The notes beneath the pieces were generated by a model. That model was given only the letters and a program-made list of their open reading frames with translations. It did no database searches and was not told the origin of the DNA. A program made the position numbers and the translations under genes. 33,137 nucleotides of DNA from contig JAZDHK010000015.1 in the NCBI GenBank assembly GCA_043806035.1, positions 1 to 33,137 on the forward strand. The letters are read 5' to 3'. This document shows positions 21,853 through 31,064 of this stretch, one piece after another. Positions within the stretch are counted from its first letter, which is position 1. Each line of letters starts with the position of its first letter. This stretch comes from an archaeon (lineage in GTDB: Archaea > Nanobdellota > Nanobdellia > Woesearchaeales > UBA9642).

Positions 21853-22664
21853 TGCATCCGGCTCTGTCCGGAAAGTCGTCTTAACCAAGAAAAAATATTG
21901 TTGCAGGCTAGCCTGCAATAGATTTCGGTACGAATGGTTCGCACCGAACGAGAGCTTACGCTACTGCCATATTTGCGCTTGAGTGCACTATTTCCCGATT
22001 CCACCATCTCTCGACGATGATATGTGCGCAAATTGAACAGTTTACGCATTTTCTTGCGATAGAATCCTTTGTGTACATTCCGCTTGGGCGGAACCATGAG
22101 CAGGATTCCCTGTTCATGAGCTTCTTGATAAAGTCGCTCCGCCCCATATGCTTTATCTGCGACATTAATTTTTCCATCACCTTGTTTCATCAGATAGCTT
22201 GCGTCGCGGATATCAGCAGCAGGGTGGACGCGAATTTTAGCGGCGCGATACTTCTTTCTCCGCGTGCCTAATGCGACGCTAAGCTTGACGCCAATTCTTG
22301 GCATTTTCCCGTCGATGCGTCGCAAATAGTGATAGCTTGGATTTGTGCGAGTAAATCCTGTGCTATCGATTGCAATCACATGATCGATTCCACTTGTTGC
22401 TTTGAGCACGCGATTCCAGAAACCAGCGTCGAGCTTTGCTGCGGTGTCCCGCAGCGCTGACTTGTGAGGGCACGTGTGCCCCAACAAGTCCATGAGCTGC
22501 ACCACTCGTCGATAAGAGAGACGACATAATGTCCGAATCAACAAAGCGCACAAATAATCAAGAAATTCGTACGTCTTTGGTCCGTAGTGGTGCAACCATC
22601 TCGGGCAGCCCAGCCGCCTGAGCAAACGCTTAACTTTTTTAACCAGCTTGCTTTCTTTTGACAC
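21735..22664 (-). CDS. IS5-family DDE transposase
   Basis: LSYR, IAIDSTG, VADKAY and RREMVESGNSALKRKYG motifs. Likely GTG start at 22664 (open to 22688). The ORF runs through the downstream TIR to 21735. Confidence 0.9.
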   Translation of the reverse strand: MSKESKLVKKVKRLLRRLGCPRWLHHYGPKTYEFLDYLCALLIRTLCRLSYRRVVQLMDLLGHTCPHKSALRDTAAKLDAGFWNRVLKATSGIDHVIAIDSTGFTRTNPSYHYLRRIDGKMPRIGVKLSVALGTRRKKYRAAKIRVHPAADIRDASYLMKQGDGKINVADKAYGAERLYQEAHEQGILLMVPPKRNVHKGFYRKKMRKLFNLRTYHRREMVESGNSALKRKYGSSVSSRSVRTIRTEIYCRLACNNIFSWLRRLSGQSRMHQDPGLNGWPHCTPPTLKLSLPMPVLFPITMIFPRESSR

Positions 22665-22756
22665 GGTGGGGTACACTCCCACCCCCAAACATATCCTCTA
22701 CAGGCTATGTTTGGGTTATTAATTCTTACGAAATAACAGAGACTCCGGACAGAGCC
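21860..22756 (-). mobile_element. IS5-family insertion sequence (IS903-like ends), 897 bp
   Basis: Perfect 13-bp TIRs GGCTCTGTCCGGA (21860-21872 and 22744-22756), 9-bp direct repeat GATGCATCC (21851-21859 and 22757-22765), and a single DDE transposase. Confidence 0.93.
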
Positions 22757-22800
22757 GATGCATCCATAAAATTTAAAAAGCCCACACCAATCTTGCACGC

Positions 22801-23724
22801 ATGGAATCAGGGGGCGTACAAGAACGAAAGAACATCCTCTACAGAATGTATCATGAGCAGTACAAGAAAGTCATCTTCATCCCTCTCCTGATCCTTCTCT
22901 TCGCAGCAATCGTCATTGCAGCACACGTACTCAAGACGGGAGACTTCATCAATAAAGGTGTCACGCTCAAAGGAGGTATCACCCTGGCAGCAGTGACCTC
23001 AGAACACGTGACCGTCGACCAAATTACCAACCTCATCAAGAAAGACCATCCCGACACTGACCTTACCGTGCGGCTCATTTCTGAATCAGGAACGCAGACG
23101 GGATTCCTCGTCGAAGTCGCGGACATCACGGAAGAGCAGCTCATCCAGTCCTTGTCCAGCATTACCGCAGTCAAAGAAGGCCAGTACAGCATAGAAGTCA
23201 TGGGCTCCAGCCTGGGAGGAAGCTTCTTCAAGCAGACGATCATCGCGCTCATCATCGCGTTCATCTTCATGTCCCTTGTCGTCTTCATCTACTTCAGGCT
23301 GCCCATCCCCAGCATAGCCATCATCTCCGCAGCGCTCATGGACATCATCGTCACTATAGCCATCCTCGACCTTTTCGGGTTTGTGTTCAGCATCGCAGGC
23401 ATCGCAGCCCTGCTCATGCTCATCGGCTACTCCATCGACACGGACATCGTGCTCAGCGTGCGCGTCCTGAAACGGAAAGTGGGCACGCTGGACGAGAAGG
23501 TCATCAGCGCATTCAAGACGGGCGTCACCATGACGTGCACGGCACTCTCGGCAACGCTCATCGCATTCTTCATGAGCGGCAGCCCGGTCATCAAGGAAAT
23601 CATGCTCATTCTCACCATAGGGCTTGTTGTCGACATCATTGCCACCTGGCTCTTCAACGCGCCCGTCCTCAAATGGTACGTGCACAACAGACAAAAAGCA
23701 GTAGAACAGGATCACCATGGGTAA
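22801..23724 (+). CDS. secF: protein translocase subunit SecF
   Basis: KGVTLKGG, VMGSSLG, IYFR..IPS, IAALLMLIGYSIDTDIVL and DIIATWLFNA are archaeal SecF motifs. Confidence 0.93.
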   Translation: MESGGVQERKNILYRMYHEQYKKVIFIPLLILLFAAIVIAAHVLKTGDFINKGVTLKGGITLAAVTSEHVTVDQITNLIKKDHPDTDLTVRLISESGTQTGFLVEVADITEEQLIQSLSSITAVKEGQYSIEVMGSSLGGSFFKQTIIALIIAFIFMSLVVFIYFRLPIPSIAIISAALMDIIVTIAILDLFGFVFSIAGIAALLMLIGYSIDTDIVLSVRVLKRKVGTLDEKVISAFKTGVTMTCTALSATLIAFFMSGSPVIKEIMLILTIGLVVDIIATWLFNAPVLKWYVHNRQKAVEQDHHG

Positions 23725-25438
23725 GTTCAAGAAGATTTTTACGAATTGGCGAGTCATCATACTCATCGTATGCCTTGTCTTCTCCATCGTTGCCATCAAT
23801 CCTTCCTTCGAAAAGCAAGGAGTTACTATTCGCAGCGTCGTCAAGAACAGCAGCGCCAGCGATGCGGGATTCGAAAGCCTCAAGCCGAACATCCCGCCGC
23901 GCCAGCGAGAGCTGATCCTGAGCGTGAACAACATCCCCATTACCAATGTGAGCGAATACACTGCGATCACGAGCGACATTCCCGAAAATCAGAGCATCTC
24001 CATCAGGACGAACAAAAAGATTTATCTGCTGACCACACGGGCGGCGTACAGGCAGATCGTCCTGAATGAGACAGAACTGGTTAACGTCACTGAAGAAGTC
24101 TTCAATGAAGAGCTCAACACCACCGAGAACGTCACCACAACACATCTGCAGAACAAGACAGAGCTACAGTACTTGGGCGTCGAGGACATCGGCCTGCGCA
24201 TCGATGAACGACCCGCCAATAATATCCGCCGAGGCCTCGATCTCGTCGGAGGAACCCGCGTGCTGCTCAAGCCAGAAGAGGATCTCTCTGAAGAGGACAT
24301 GAACACTCTCATCGACAACATGAAGCAACGGCTCAACATCTACGGGCTAAGCGACGTCACTTTACGGCAAGTGACGGACAAGCCGAGCCTGCTCATCGGC
24401 CAAGTGAACAGATATGTGCTGGTGGAGATCGCAGGCTCTAACGTCGAGGAAGTCAAGGACCTTCTTGCCAAGCAAGGCAAGTTCGAGAGCCACATCGGCC
24501 AGAATACCGTCTTCAAAGGGGGCAATAAGGACATTACGTACGTGTGCAGGTCAGCACAGTGCTCAGGATTGTTTCAGGCATGCACCCCTGACCAGAACGG
24601 GGAATGGGCATGCAGGTTCCAATTCTCGATAACGCTGAGCCCCGATGCTGCGCAGCGTCAGGCAGACCTAACGAGAAACTTGAGCGTCGAAATCCTTAAT
24701 GGTGAGGGATTCCTCAGCCAAAATCTGACGTTGTGGCTCGATGACGAACAAGTTGATGAGTTAAGGATTGGAGAAAGCCTACGAGGCAGGGCAGAGACCA
24801 ACATCCAGATTACGGGGAGTGGTACGGGGAAGACGCAGTATGAGGCGCAGTCTGATGCGTTGCAGAACATGAAGCGCCTGCAAACAATTCTCATCACGGG
24901 CAGCCTGCCGGTGAAACTGGAGATAACAAAGACGGACACCATAAGCCCCGTGCTCGGGGAGAGCTTTTCAAGGAATATTCTGCTCATAGGGTTGCTGGCA
25001 ATGATTGCCGTAACCTTGGTCATCTTCATCAGGTACAGGAATCCTGTCATCGTCCTACCCGTCATTATCACGCTCGTCTCAGAGCTTGTCATCCTACTCG
25101 GGCTTGCAGCGCTCATCGGCTGGAATCTTGATCTTGTGGCCATCGCAGGCATCCTTGTGGCAGTGGGCACGGGTGTCGACGACCAGATCGTCATCGTCGA
25201 TGAAACGCTGCGTAAAGAGTTCAGCTACTTCAGCAATTGGAAGGAGAAGCTCAAGAATGCGTTCTTCATCATCTTTGCAAGCTACTTCACACTCGTCGTG
25301 GCCATGTTCCCGCTCATGTTTGCAGGAGCTGGCTTGTTGAAGGGCTTTGCGATTACGACGATTCTTGGCGTGACGATCGGCGTCTTTATTACTCGGCCTG
25401 CGTTTGCTGCGATGCTCGAGAATTTGATTGAGAAGTGA
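23717..25438 (+). CDS. secD: protein translocase subunit SecD
   Basis: GLDLVGGTRVLL, RLNIYGLSD, GSLPVKL, ISPVLG, IAGI..AVGTGVDDQIVI, LKGFA and FITRPAF motifs; overlaps secF. Confidence 0.95.
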   Translation: MGKFKKIFTNWRVIILIVCLVFSIVAINPSFEKQGVTIRSVVKNSSASDAGFESLKPNIPPRQRELILSVNNIPITNVSEYTAITSDIPENQSISIRTNKKIYLLTTRAAYRQIVLNETELVNVTEEVFNEELNTTENVTTTHLQNKTELQYLGVEDIGLRIDERPANNIRRGLDLVGGTRVLLKPEEDLSEEDMNTLIDNMKQRLNIYGLSDVTLRQVTDKPSLLIGQVNRYVLVEIAGSNVEEVKDLLAKQGKFESHIGQNTVFKGGNKDITYVCRSAQCSGLFQACTPDQNGEWACRFQFSITLSPDAAQRQADLTRNLSVEILNGEGFLSQNLTLWLDDEQVDELRIGESLRGRAETNIQITGSGTGKTQYEAQSDALQNMKRLQTILITGSLPVKLEITKTDTISPVLGESFSRNILLIGLLAMIAVTLVIFIRYRNPVIVLPVIITLVSELVILLGLAALIGWNLDLVAIAGILVAVGTGVDDQIVIVDETLRKEFSYFSNWKEKLKNAFFIIFASYFTLVVAMFPLMFAGAGLLKGFAITTILGVTIGVFITRPAFAAMLENLIEK

Positions 25439-25439
25439 G

Positions 25440-26198
25440 CTAGTTTGACAAGGATCTGCTCGTCCTGAAGAATTCTTTAGGCGTTACGGTTCTTGGAATG
25501 ATGATTTCATTGTAGCAATAACCGACGTTCATGAGATGGTGGTCTGAATCCAGCCAGAGCCCACACGGATATGCCGTGAACGGGTGTAAACCGCTTAGTC
25601 TTCCCGGATGACCCTTATGCGGATCGGACAGTTTGCTTCGCTGCACAAAATCGCTGAGTGTCAGCATGGTTTCTGCATACGTTCTTTGCTGTCGCCTTTC
25701 GAGTTCATCTTCCTCTTGAAAACGGTCTCTTCTGAGGTGAGAAATACGCGCTTCTGCATTATGCACGAATGCAGCAGGACTGACGAGAATCGATACCCAC
25801 GGTTCAGCATACAGATTTGCAAGCTGACGGTCATTTCGCGGATACGTGAAATAGACGACATCATCACGGAATGGACCTGCGCGATAGCTGCCTTCTCTTG
25901 GCGCAATCTTGCCTTCTTTCACCAACTGATCTCGCGTCTTAAGACCCTCTGCAAGAATATCATCAAGTTTCACTTCAGGTCTGAGAAAATGAAATATCTC
26001 TATTCCCTTTTGTATATTTCTTTTGAAGATAGTTCTTTTTTGTATAACATCCGCATTTGCGTGAGGGAATACTGAGGCCCACCACGCGTCCAGTTCTGCG
26101 CGTTCTTTTTCAGAAAGATACAGATGGTCACGGTCATGAGAAAATTGTCTATCGACCGTCGTTCTAAAGTCAGTGTATCCTTGCGGCGCAGTCTGCAT
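25440..26198 (-). CDS. hypothetical protein, possible ADP-ribosyltransferase-like fold
   Basis: IFHF...LDDILAEGLK ... VVYFT ... YNEIIIP..V.P. ATG 26198 follows a TTTATA box. Confidence 0.6.
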   Translation of the reverse strand: MQTAPQGYTDFRTTVDRQFSHDRDHLYLSEKERAELDAWWASVFPHANADVIQKRTIFKRNIQKGIEIFHFLRPEVKLDDILAEGLKTRDQLVKEGKIAPREGSYRAGPFRDDVVYFTYPRNDRQLANLYAEPWVSILVSPAAFVHNAEARISHLRRDRFQEEDELERRQQRTYAETMLTLSDFVQRSKLSDPHKGHPGRLSGLHPFTAYPCGLWLDSDHHLMNVGYCYNEIIIPRTVTPKEFFRTSRSLSN

Positions 26199-26397
26199 AC
26201 CTGGTTCATATCTTTTCAAGTATAAATATTTTTCTGTTTTTATCACCACATAGTAGTTATAAATGTTCCCTTCATAAATACGCACCGACACGCAAAACAC
26301 AACTGCACAAGTTCATTTCTCGTCGAGTTCTCAAAACCGAAACATTTATATAGTATTGTTACTATTAAGTAGTAAATAACAATGAAAAGAGGTTGAG

Positions 26398-27297
26398 GTG
26401 CGAACAATGACCATCAAAGAAAAGCTCGAAAGAGGATTTATGTACTTACTTATACCGTTCACGCTCGGCGCCACCGAGGCTGTACTGGCACAAAATAACA
26501 GCCAGGATACTGAGCAAGCACAAGTGCTCTATCAGGAACAGCTCCTGAATGCGCTCACGAACGGAACGCTCAACGTAACAAGTTCAAGAGAAATAAAACT
26601 ACCAGACTTGCAATACGAGACTCCAAAATATGCCAAGGGAGAGCTTCCCAAAACGTTCTCTGTAAAGAAGGACGGCAAGTACGTTATCAAGGACGCACCC
26701 CTCCCCACAAACATCGCGTGGGAAATTGACAAGTACGGCAGGTCAGATGCGCTCAAAGCATACGCACAGCAACTGCTCCATCCTCAAGAAACAGTCACGA
26801 CCAAAGCAGATACCGCCTCTGCTCCAGCGGACACCGCAGCAGACACTACACCTCCTGCCAAGGAAGACACAACGACCCTCTCGCAAATGATACAATCATG
26901 GGAACTCGCCAAGAAGCTCGGACTGCCTCAGGAAACGGAAGCACGGCTCGGCATTTATCCTGCTGCTGATGCTTCCCCAGAAGGACGAGTAACCGTGCTC
27001 TTCCCTACACACTACTCGTTCATGGACAGGATAGGACCTACGCTCGGCTACAACGGCCATCCCGTCGTTGGCATTGAAGGACAGAAAGACTTACTCATCG
27101 CAAAAGACAAGATCGCTGCCCTTGCTCTCGGTGCCCAAGCGAACTTGGCAAGCAGAAAAAGCGGGATCGACTACAAAGCTGACCTCGAGGCATTCCTCGA
27201 AGGCAGAGTCGGCGAGAGAAACGTTTATCTTGCAGGAAGAGTAGGTTACGGACTGCAAGGACCAACAGCAGGATTAAGCACAGGAATTAAATTTTAA
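26398..27297 (+). CDS. secreted hypothetical protein with beta-rich C-terminus ending in Phe
   Basis: Signal peptide ending VLA-Q, a Thr/Ala/Pro/Asp linker and amphipathic strands ending AGLSTGIKF. Confidence 0.7.
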   Translation: MRTMTIKEKLERGFMYLLIPFTLGATEAVLAQNNSQDTEQAQVLYQEQLLNALTNGTLNVTSSREIKLPDLQYETPKYAKGELPKTFSVKKDGKYVIKDAPLPTNIAWEIDKYGRSDALKAYAQQLLHPQETVTTKADTASAPADTAADTTPPAKEDTTTLSQMIQSWELAKKLGLPQETEARLGIYPAADASPEGRVTVLFPTHYSFMDRIGPTLGYNGHPVVGIEGQKDLLIAKDKIAALALGAQANLASRKSGIDYKADLEAFLEGRVGERNVYLAGRVGYGLQGPTAGLSTGIKF

Positions 27298-27313
27298 CAA
27301 CGGAGTTGAGAAC

Positions 27314-27691
27314 ATGAATACAACTACAAACGACACAACGGACTTATGTGATAAAGTATCGAAACTAACTCGGGAGTTGATACTCAATTATGTTGATTTA
27401 CGGAAAACATATAGTGATAATCAAAATGCCGAGAAAGAAGTAAGAAACAGGATCGCTCAGCTTGATCCACAATCACCTGACGCAAAAATTGCAGGAGAAA
27501 TAATCAATACACTGGAAACCATTCGTAGACAGTACAATATAATAATGAGCATTGCTGAGTCGCATTTATCAGTGTATACCGGTGAAAGCAACATAAAGGA
27601 AATGCAAGATGAAAAACTGCTCAGTCTTAAATCGATTTATGACCCAAACCTAAAAATACAAGAGCACAATCCAACAATAAAACAAAAGTAG
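27314..27691 (+). CDS. hypothetical protein
   Basis: 125-aa helical ORF with GGAG SD. Confidence 0.6.
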   Translation: MNTTTNDTTDLCDKVSKLTRELILNYVDLRKTYSDNQNAEKEVRNRIAQLDPQSPDAKIAGEIINTLETIRRQYNIIMSIAESHLSVYTGESNIKEMQDEKLLSLKSIYDPNLKIQEHNPTIKQK

Positions 27692-27724
27692 AGATAGTAT
27701 ATTGTTAAGCACAAAGGTGATTCC

Positions 27725-28033
27725 ATGAAAAACTACATCGCAATTGCAACAATGCCCTTCCTCATCGTAACGGCAGCATATGCTGGACAAGACAGCACAA
27801 AGGCAACGCAGTACACGCCTCGAGAGTCTCTCGTGCAGACCATGCCCGTGCCTTACATGCATCCTGATTCGTTTCAGATACACTTCCCGCAGTTGCCACA
27901 GGTGCAAGTCACGCCTGCGCCAGAGCCTGAAAATTACCAGGCACCGCAGAAGCTAGAAGCGTCGATGCGAAAGAAAGCCGAAGAACAGAACAGGCAGCAG
28001 TTCAGGGAGTTCCTGAAGAGAAAGTACAGGTGA
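27725..28033 (+). CDS. secreted hypothetical protein
   Basis: AGGTGA SD; signal peptide MKNYIAIATMPFLIVTAAYA; Pro/Gln-rich. Confidence 0.65.
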   Translation: MKNYIAIATMPFLIVTAAYAGQDSTKATQYTPRESLVQTMPVPYMHPDSFQIHFPQLPQVQVTPAPEPENYQAPQKLEASMRKKAEEQNRQQFREFLKRKYR

Positions 28034-28037
28034 AGAC

Positions 28038-28432
28038 ATGAGAAAGCTTCTCACCATCCTCGGTTGCACAGCCCTGCTCTCTCTCTTGGCTGCCAATCAG
28101 AGAATCAGCATCCCGCCCTGCCCTCGCCGGAAACGACACAAAGGACAACGTTCAATCTGGAGCAATTCGTCATAAAAAGAGGAGCCACAGTACGCCCGAG
28201 CGAGCTGGGAACACTGCTGGACACGCAAGAAGCAGCAGTGTATCTCAATGCTGGCGGACAAGAAAATGGCACCATCGAATTCTATGACGCTGATGGAAAT
28301 AAATATCCGGATGTTATGGTTTTTCGCCGAGCAAATGGAGACATTGTCTCGATTGGATTAGACTACGGCTCAGACAACTACACTGCACTTAAGAACAAAC
28401 TTGGTAACAGAATAACACCATATACTCCCTAA
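28038..28432 (+). pseudogene. putative lipoprotein gene frameshifted in a (CT)5 tract
   Basis: AGGTGA SD and ATG 28038 give MRKLLTILGCTALL. Removing one CT from 28077-28086 joins this to SLGCQSENQ... of the 28064-28432 ORF. Confidence 0.7.
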
Positions 28433-29121
28433 CGTTTTTTCTTCATCGTTTTCTTTTTTATACTTTTTTTCTTGATACCCTTTGGCGTTTTTTTCTTCTT
28501 AACTGATCCCGTCATTTCCATGGGCGTCTCTACAGTATAGTCAATCTTCGCTCCCTTGATTTCGTGGAACGGGCTATGCTGCAACACTGCTGGCTTCGGA
28601 TGATCAGTGGTTGTCGGTTTGAGCAAGTTTGAGAATGCGGTGAGTTTCTTGTCATCGACAGGGATGTTCATCAGATGTTCCTGGTAGGAATCTACAAGAG
28701 CGACGATGCGCGAGTACACGGCATAGTCTGCAAGCAGATACGTGAGCGCATACTCCTTCTCCTTCGTCCTCAAAACAACAGTCCAGGTCTTGTGCAGCTC
28801 ATCCTGCATATCACGCGTGTAGGAAACAGAACGTATCTGCTCATAAGGGATGATGAGTTTCTTCTTCGTCGAAGTTTCCAGATGGTCCTCGTGGAAGTCG
28901 TACGTGTACCTGCTGTAGCGCCTGTACACGATGATTGCGTCAATGACGAAGATGACCATGACGAGAGGAATGCCCACGATCAGCACAGACACACTCCTGT
29001 CCAAAAAATAATAGTACAGAGAAACCACGATGAGCAGAAACATTCCCAGAACACCGAGATAGGCGAGCTTCGGACGCAACGCTCGCATGGCATGAAGATG
29101 GACACGAAGCTGGACGGTCAT
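28429..29121 (-). CDS. membrane protein with bacterial PH-like domain and Lys-rich tail
   Basis: Two TM segments, then YSRYTYDFHEDHL...IPYEQIRSVSY; basic C-terminus. ATG 29121 follows TTTATAAA. Confidence 0.7.
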   Translation of the reverse strand: MTVQLRVHLHAMRALRPKLAYLGVLGMFLLIVVSLYYYFLDRSVSVLIVGIPLVMVIFVIDAIIVYRRYSRYTYDFHEDHLETSTKKKLIIPYEQIRSVSYTRDMQDELHKTWTVVLRTKEKEYALTYLLADYAVYSRIVALVDSYQEHLMNIPVDDKKLTAFSNLLKPTTTDHPKPAVLQHSPFHEIKGAKIDYTVETPMEMTGSVKKKKTPKGIKKKSIKKKTMKKKR

Positions 29122-29373
29122 GCCATCATGCCAGCCCTCGAGCTTTATAAAGATTCTGAATATTAATAAAGAGCACATTCTTTCTCTTCGCATGGCAGAT
29201 GGTCTCGAAGAGAGGACAAACGAGTATGAAACACCCGAGGAAGCACAGAACCATGCATGCATTACTCCTCTTCCAAGATCAGCATGCGAAATAATATAAC
29301 TACTGTTCAGTGGTTATAAAATAACAATATTTATAAATGAAAACACATTTCTCCCCAGCACAACTTACCAAAG

Positions 29374-29661
29374 GTGGATATGATGGATGAGACTGAGAAT
29401 AAAAAGACAACGTTAGAAACAGCCGTTGCTCTCTATAAGGGCATGCCCAAACCCATGCAAGAACTGGCGAAGATAACCGGCGTCGGCATAGCATCGGGAT
29501 ATTGTTTCATGGCTCTTGGTGGCAATTACAGTAAGGGTGCAATCATAGGCGCTGCCATCTACGGCACTATCGAGCTTGGAAGGATACTCTGTGACTATTT
29601 GGATGGAAATAAAAGCGCCAACACGGTGGAAGACGATAACAGCACCACATCTGAAGAATAG
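29374..29661 (+). CDS. small membrane hypothetical protein
   Basis: 95 aa with two Gly-rich hydrophobic segments; TTTATAAA upstream. Confidence 0.55.
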   Translation: MDMMDETENKKTTLETAVALYKGMPKPMQELAKITGVGIASGYCFMALGGNYSKGAIIGAAIYGTIELGRILCDYLDGNKSANTVEDDNSTTSEE

Positions 29662-29690
29662 ATGCCCTTCTTGAAAAAGTTCTTGCAGCA

Positions 29691-29763
29691 TGGGCCTGAC
29701 CGGATTCGAACCGGTGGCCTTCTCCACGTCAAGGAGACGTCATAGCCACTAGACTACAGGCCC
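29691..29763 (-). tRNA. tRNA-Val(GAC)
   Basis: GGGCCTG/CAGGCCC acceptor, anticodon arm TCTCC-TTGACGT-GGAGA, T-arm ACCGG-TTCGAAT-CCGGT. No intron; CCA not encoded. Confidence 0.97.
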
Positions 29764-29848
29764 GTTCCTGTCTGCCACACAGAACAGCATTCAGGAGAAA
29801 TACAGCAAATTAGAAAGGTATTAATAAACCTTTTTGTTTAAGAAGGAC

Positions 29849-30403
29849 ATGCCAGAGAAAATACCTAAAATACCTGCTGCAGAATACTACGATGCTATTG
29901 CCCAGAGCTATGATCGTCTTTACGGTGAGGAACAAATTCACAAAGCAAAACTCATCAGGCGCAGACTCAAGATCACTGCTACAACAAACCTGCTTGACGT
30001 GGGATGCGGCACTGCCATCTACAGTCAGCTGTTCGATTGCACGTACACTGGCATAGATCCTTCTGAGAAACTGCTCTTCCTCGCAGAAACACACAATCCA
30101 GCAGGAACGTTCGTTTTGGGAACGGCAGAAAGCCTACCCTTCGCCAAAGGCAGCTTCGACATCGTCATAGCAATAACATCACTACACCACACGAACGGCA
30201 AGACAGCCATCGAGGAAATACATCGCGTCTTGAAGCCAAGAAAAATCCTGGTAACGAACACGCCGGACGTGCGTTGCGCAATATCCGTCCAGAAGAAAAG
30301 CCTCAAGATGAAAGAGCTCGAGCATTCCCTACGAGAAGTTTTTGCGGGATGGAAGATTGAGCAAGTGCTCGACGAGAAGGATGTCGTGTTCTTCATCAGC
30401 TAA
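29849..30403 (+). CDS. class I SAM-dependent methyltransferase
   Basis: LLDVGCGTA, GIDPS, AESLPF..GSFD, SLHH and EIHRVLKP motifs. Confidence 0.9.
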   Translation: MPEKIPKIPAAEYYDAIAQSYDRLYGEEQIHKAKLIRRRLKITATTNLLDVGCGTAIYSQLFDCTYTGIDPSEKLLFLAETHNPAGTFVLGTAESLPFAKGSFDIVIAITSLHHTNGKTAIEEIHRVLKPRKILVTNTPDVRCAISVQKKSLKMKELEHSLREVFAGWKIEQVLDEKDVVFFIS

Positions 30404-30423
30404 ACGGATGTGCGCAGGTTTGT

Positions 30424-30972
30424 TCAACGCATCTGGAGCAGTGACTGGTCTAGCCCGTACACGATCGTGTGTAGTTTTTCCCGTATTGAAGAGAATTCAG
30501 ACCCGTTTATTTTTTCTGGATACGTCATAAGGAACATAGGAACAGGATCTTTGTCTTTTCCATAAGATGGTTGAATATACGCAAAAGCATTCGGCACAAA
30601 CCCCCTCTTTGTATAGAAGCGTATTCGTTTCATCGCAAGTTCTGTCTTAGGCAGTTCAACCTCAAGAACGACTTTTTTTCTCTTATGAGCAAGATAGCTG
30701 CTAATCACTTTCGTCCCCAGTCCTTTTCCTCTGAAACCACGCGCAACAGCCAAGTGTTCTACAAAAAAGAATTTCTTAAACGTCCAAGTGGTAAGCACTG
30801 CAACAACTCGATCATCTTCACAAACGACAAAAAAATGATAAGCAGTATTATCAAACACAGTTTTTTGTGCAGCCAGCGTCCTTCGTTCATCTGATGGAAA
30901 CGAAGAGAGATATATCGTCCAGGCAGCTTTGAATTCTTGAGCATCTACACTTCGTATATGTATGAACTCCAC
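30424..30972 (-). CDS. GNAT family N-acetyltransferase
   Basis: IY..SFP..ERR, VEHLAV...RGKGLG, VVLEVE, RIRFY...GF and YIQP motifs. GTG 30972 or ATG 30987 start. Confidence 0.88.
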   Translation of the reverse strand: MEFIHIRSVDAQEFKAAWTIYLSSFPSDERRTLAAQKTVFDNTAYHFFVVCEDDRVVAVLTTWTFKKFFFVEHLAVARGFRGKGLGTKVISSYLAHKRKKVVLEVELPKTELAMKRIRFYTKRGFVPNAFAYIQPSYGKDKDPVPMFLMTYPEKINGSEFSSIREKLHTIVYGLDQSLLQMR

Positions 30973-31064
30973 AGCACACCATCTCACATTCTGAGTTTAT
31001 TAATATGCCTAAGATTGGACATGATAAACGTCAATTTTTTAAATGCTTCTTCCTCAGAGAGTGC

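Noticed and set aside
14297-25194. Long antisense ORFs opposite the membrane-protein genes (e.g. 14297-14875, 23086-23979, 24658-25194)
   Set aside because: These are shadow frames caused by codon bias of the well-supported genes on the other strand.
29192-29299. 35-aa ORF MADGLEERTNEYETPEEAQNHACITPLPRSACEII
   Set aside because: It is too short and has no motif; it may be a gene remnant but cannot be supported.
26398-29763. Possible island integrated at tRNA-Val
   Set aside because: No integrase and no duplicated tRNA 3' end were seen.
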